In this document: positions 60,544 through 64,000 of the stretch, in pieces | Layout: each line of letters opens with the position of its first letter | How positions within the stretch are numbered: the stretch's first letter is position 1 | Source of the DNA: Macrostomum lignano | Lineage: Eukaryota | Length of the DNA stretch: 64,000 nt | Assembly: GCA_002269645.1 (NCBI GenBank) | Contig: NIVC01004114.1 | Location: forward strand, 1-64,000 | Direction: 5' to 3' | Notes under the pieces: model-generated | Databases searched by the model: none | The model's input: the letters and a program-made list of their open reading frames with translations, nothing else | What the model was told of the DNA's origin: nothing | Translations under genes and position numbers: made by a program

Positions 60544-62981
60544 TCTACTAGAGGCAACAACTTCTACTTAGATGGCACCTTTGATGCTTTGCTAACACTT
60601 TTTGCACAATTGCTAGCTATACATGTGGAGCATCATAGGTTTGTTTAGCCACTTATCTTTCCTTGCTCCCTGGCAAAACCTAAGACAGTTCCTACCATTT
60701 CTTGAGGTCCCACATCAACTAGCACCAAACATTCAGCATTTTTATACGAGATTTTGATTTGAAAAAGTCCAGATAACTGCCATTTGGTAGATTTTCAACC
60801 TGGAACCAACAAGTTGTCTAATTTCATTTGGCCAATACATCTATTACAAGGCCATGTCTAGTAGTCTTAAACAAAAATTAGAACAGGTTGATAGTTTTAA
60901 CTGTCCTTGTGGCTACACAGCCTGATTGCTTTAGCATTTTTACTTATTGGAGCAATCATAGCCTCATTTGAGACATTTGTTGCACTTCCTTATTTTTTAC
61001 TTAGTTACAACTAATTCCTTTTTTTGAAAACATTTAGATTGGCAAAATACTTTAAGATGGAAATAAGTGGCTACCAATTTTCTCATTTCTATCTAGAATA
61101 TATGGCAGAGGACTCTAGATAGCCAACACTGAGCCAATAACTCAGTTGAGGCTTAGTACCAACATTTTCAATCAGTTGCTACAATGCTTAAATCCAAATA
61201 TTTTTTTTAATTGCTTCTGTGTCTGATGGAGTAAGATTACCAAAACTGGCAAATCCAACTTAATATCAATTACAAGTACTATGCAACTTTTGTGCCATTG
61301 CAAATTAATACCCAACTAACTAGTTGTGAAATATATTATTGTTTTCATATTGACTTGATTTCATGAGATACTTTGGGTATTAATTTAAATAGTTTTGATT
61401 ACATGATAACAACAAAGGGATCACAATGACAGGGATCCCAATCTAATCAATCAGTTTCAATTTTAATCAATCTATTTCAATAAAAAAAATTAATTAATTA
61501 ATTATTTATACAAAAAATTCAAATGTTATTGTTTTTATATTTTGTTTACAAACAAAATAAGTATATTTTACTTCTATATACTTTGTTATACTATATATGA
61601 ATTGGGCCCTATATGAGCTATACAACTATAATAAACTTGTTAACACAGTTGACAAATAAAAAGTTAACTAGTTTACCCAGATCTACTACCAAAGTGTCTA
61701 ATTGCTATAACTGCCAATTGCAATAATTGCTAATGTCTTGTTACCAAAGTGAATAATAGTAATAGCTATATAGAAATAGAGGTATCTACACTTTTTGGTC
61801 CCTATGCTTTTTGGTGCCTAAATTATATAAATTAGAATTGAACACAAAAATATAGAAATTGAACCCTAATTTAACAATAAGTGCTATGTCTTGGCAATAC
61901 TTGTTAACTTTAAAAAATTAAGTTTATTATTCAGTTTGTTAAGCTGAACTAGTTTTTAAATAAAAAAATGGTTTAGTTTCATTTAATTTTTTATCTTGAT
62001 TTGATTTTTCAAGAAATAAAAAACTAAGATTATGTGATTCAAGAAATCAATACAAAAATAGACTAGTCATATAGATTTCAATCAAAACTGATATATAGCA
62101 TTGACAAGCATTTCGCTACCCATTAACACGCACGCGGGATGCGTGCTATTGTCCATAGAAAAAAAACATTAGTTTAACGAGTTTTTAGATGACCCAAAAA
62201 TTAATTATTAGATGATTAATTTTTATTTATACGGTTTATAATTGTAAATTATAGACAACAACTACTTATAGCATGAAAATGAGGGGGAAATGTCTAAAGC
62301 CATAGTTTCTCTCGAAGAATTAGTATTTTTGATAGATACGCCCTACTCAAACACAGTGTTAATAAAATTGTTGTTGCCGTCAATGCAAACACGCATATTC
62401 TTGGTCGGACGTACAGGCCTCGATATGAACTGGCCGAGGAACCGGCTCGTCAATTGATTGTGGGGTGGCATTGCAACTGGTGATCCGTCATCACTTGCGT
62501 GCAGACAGTAGAACTGATAGAGCCGCTCGCATTAGCAGAGAAAGACGCCTCATTGGACGGCATTGTGCTTGTGCTTGGAATATGCCGGCTTAGTGCACAG
62601 TTCACTGCCTTGGAACTCCTGAACAGACTGTGGTCCCGGCACCTGGTTAAATACCTTTTGACCGTCTTCTCACATTTCTGACCGGTAATAAGCATTATGT
62701 CTTGCAGCGAATGGCCAGCGGCGTCTAGATCGCACACTCTAGTGACTCTGTGGGAGAATCAAAGGAAAGTAATTTTACATGAACTAGTTAAAACTATTAT
62801 TTATAAATATACTATTTATATACTATTTATATACCATATCGGAAAACGAAATTTACTTACCTAATACAGTGATTATTGTAGACCTTGCTTAGACCGGCCC
62901 TCGCACTAAGTTTCTTCATAAATTCTTGAAGGAATCGATATCCTCGAGTGGTCTTCTCGGAGAAACGGTACGGTTTTAAAG
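60544..62981. repeat. Direct duplicate of ~57816-60249
   Basis: Near-identical; copy 1 ends at the gap and copy 2 starts at the gap; differences are mostly small indels. Confidence 0.95.
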
Positions 62982-63351
62982 ATTGGCCTTGGAGAGGCTT
63001 CGGAAAAAAACGATAGCGAAGCACAGGGCCTAAACGGGTATATTTATTCAAATATACTGGAGGGGGTGTAAGATAAGACAGGGGGTGGGGTGGAGTCCGC
63101 AACCAAGGAAAGAGGCGAGAACTGAGAGCCAATCAGAAGGCAGCGAGGGAGAGAGATAAATGACATAACAAAATTGAACTAGACAGATTCTACTGAGACT
63201 GCATTGTCTTTCTCGATCATAAACAACTAGCCTATTTGGAAACACTAGTCAATGCACTTTTCTGCAGTCGGGATGCATGATATTGGAATAACACGACTTG
63301 CGCCTACTGGCGCTCGCGTGTTATACCGATATCATGCATCCCGACTGCAGA
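62130..63351 (-). mobile_element. Crypton-like (DUF3504-type tyrosine recombinase) element remnant with a spliceosomal intron and terminal hairpins
   Basis: Exons 62861-63029 and 62450-62747 (GTAAGT...CACAG intron, phase 2) give FMKKLSARAGLSKVYNNHCIR|VTRVCDLDAAGHSLQDIMLITGQKCEKTVKRY. Hairpins at 62130-62146 and 63261-63351. Confidence 0.7.
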
Positions 63352-64000
63352 AGAATATACCAATATTGACAGATTATAATCTTTACATAACTAAGTTTTT
63401 ATAATTTATAGTATACCTTGCTTGGTATAGCCTTCTATTTGTATATATAAGACATGGCAAATGCATGCAATTAAATTGATCAAATTTTTCAAAATTTAAA
63501 AAATATGCTAGTTTAACAAAATGAATACTGCTTTTATCAGGAAATTTAAACATTTTGTAAATTATTAATTATATTTATTGTAGGATTACTTTTTTATTAT
63601 TATTTTGGCATCACTAACTTTGAGGCAATAATGCAATTGAGGCAAGAAGCAGAAGAAAGCAGTTTGAGGCACTGAAATCCTGGGCACCAAAAAGCATAGA
63701 AACCTAAATAGATAATATAGTATCTTACTATTTATTAAGGCCATAGATAAGCTATAGGCCTACCTATTTATGTTAGCCTAGCCTAGGTAATATAAAAATA
63801 GTGATTAAAATAGGCCTAAGCATAAAAATCCATGGGCAAAACATATAACAATAGTATAGGCCTAGTTCTTCAGTGAGGGTCTTTTGACTTGCTAAGATAG
63901 GCGGCCTACATAGTGTAGAAGGGCCTATGTTTAAATTAGTATTTTCCCACAAAATCAAATTCCCACCAAATAACAAATACCGTATAATTTGTTTTAATTC

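Noticed and set aside
60215-60571. ORFs containing X runs
   Set aside because: Artefacts of translating across the N gap

Overview
Eukaryotic (metazoan) genomic DNA with spliceosomal introns; I see no prokaryotic features. GC-rich exons separated by minisatellite-filled introns suggest a flatworm such as Macrostomum (inference only). Eight genes were reconstructed by hand from GT-AG boundaries and codon phase: an NR1J/HR96-like nuclear receptor (+, frameshifted 5' exons), GKAP1 (-), a small two-exon gene with no genomic ATG and weak APC16 similarity (+), PIK3R4/VPS15 (-, 13 exons), RER1 (-, 4 exons), BRF1 (-, 7 exons), CCDC51/MITOK (-, 2 exons) and an orphan 458-aa ORF (-). About 30 distinct minisatellite arrays fill most long introns and several spacers. 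Mobile DNA: a hAT-type MITE, other TIR elements, a probable solo LTR carrying MEF2/AP-1/CRE modules, two tRNA-derived SINEs, a decayed Penelope-like element with a nearby minimal hammerhead ribozyme, a MULE transposase relic and a Crypton-like tyrosine-recombinase remnant with terminal hairpins. A ~2.4 kb duplication flanking an N gap is probably an assembly artefact. Best leads: a start codon possibly donated by a trans-spliced leader within an operon-like same-strand gene run, the hammerhead, the LTR enhancer, and minisatellites built from splice signals.
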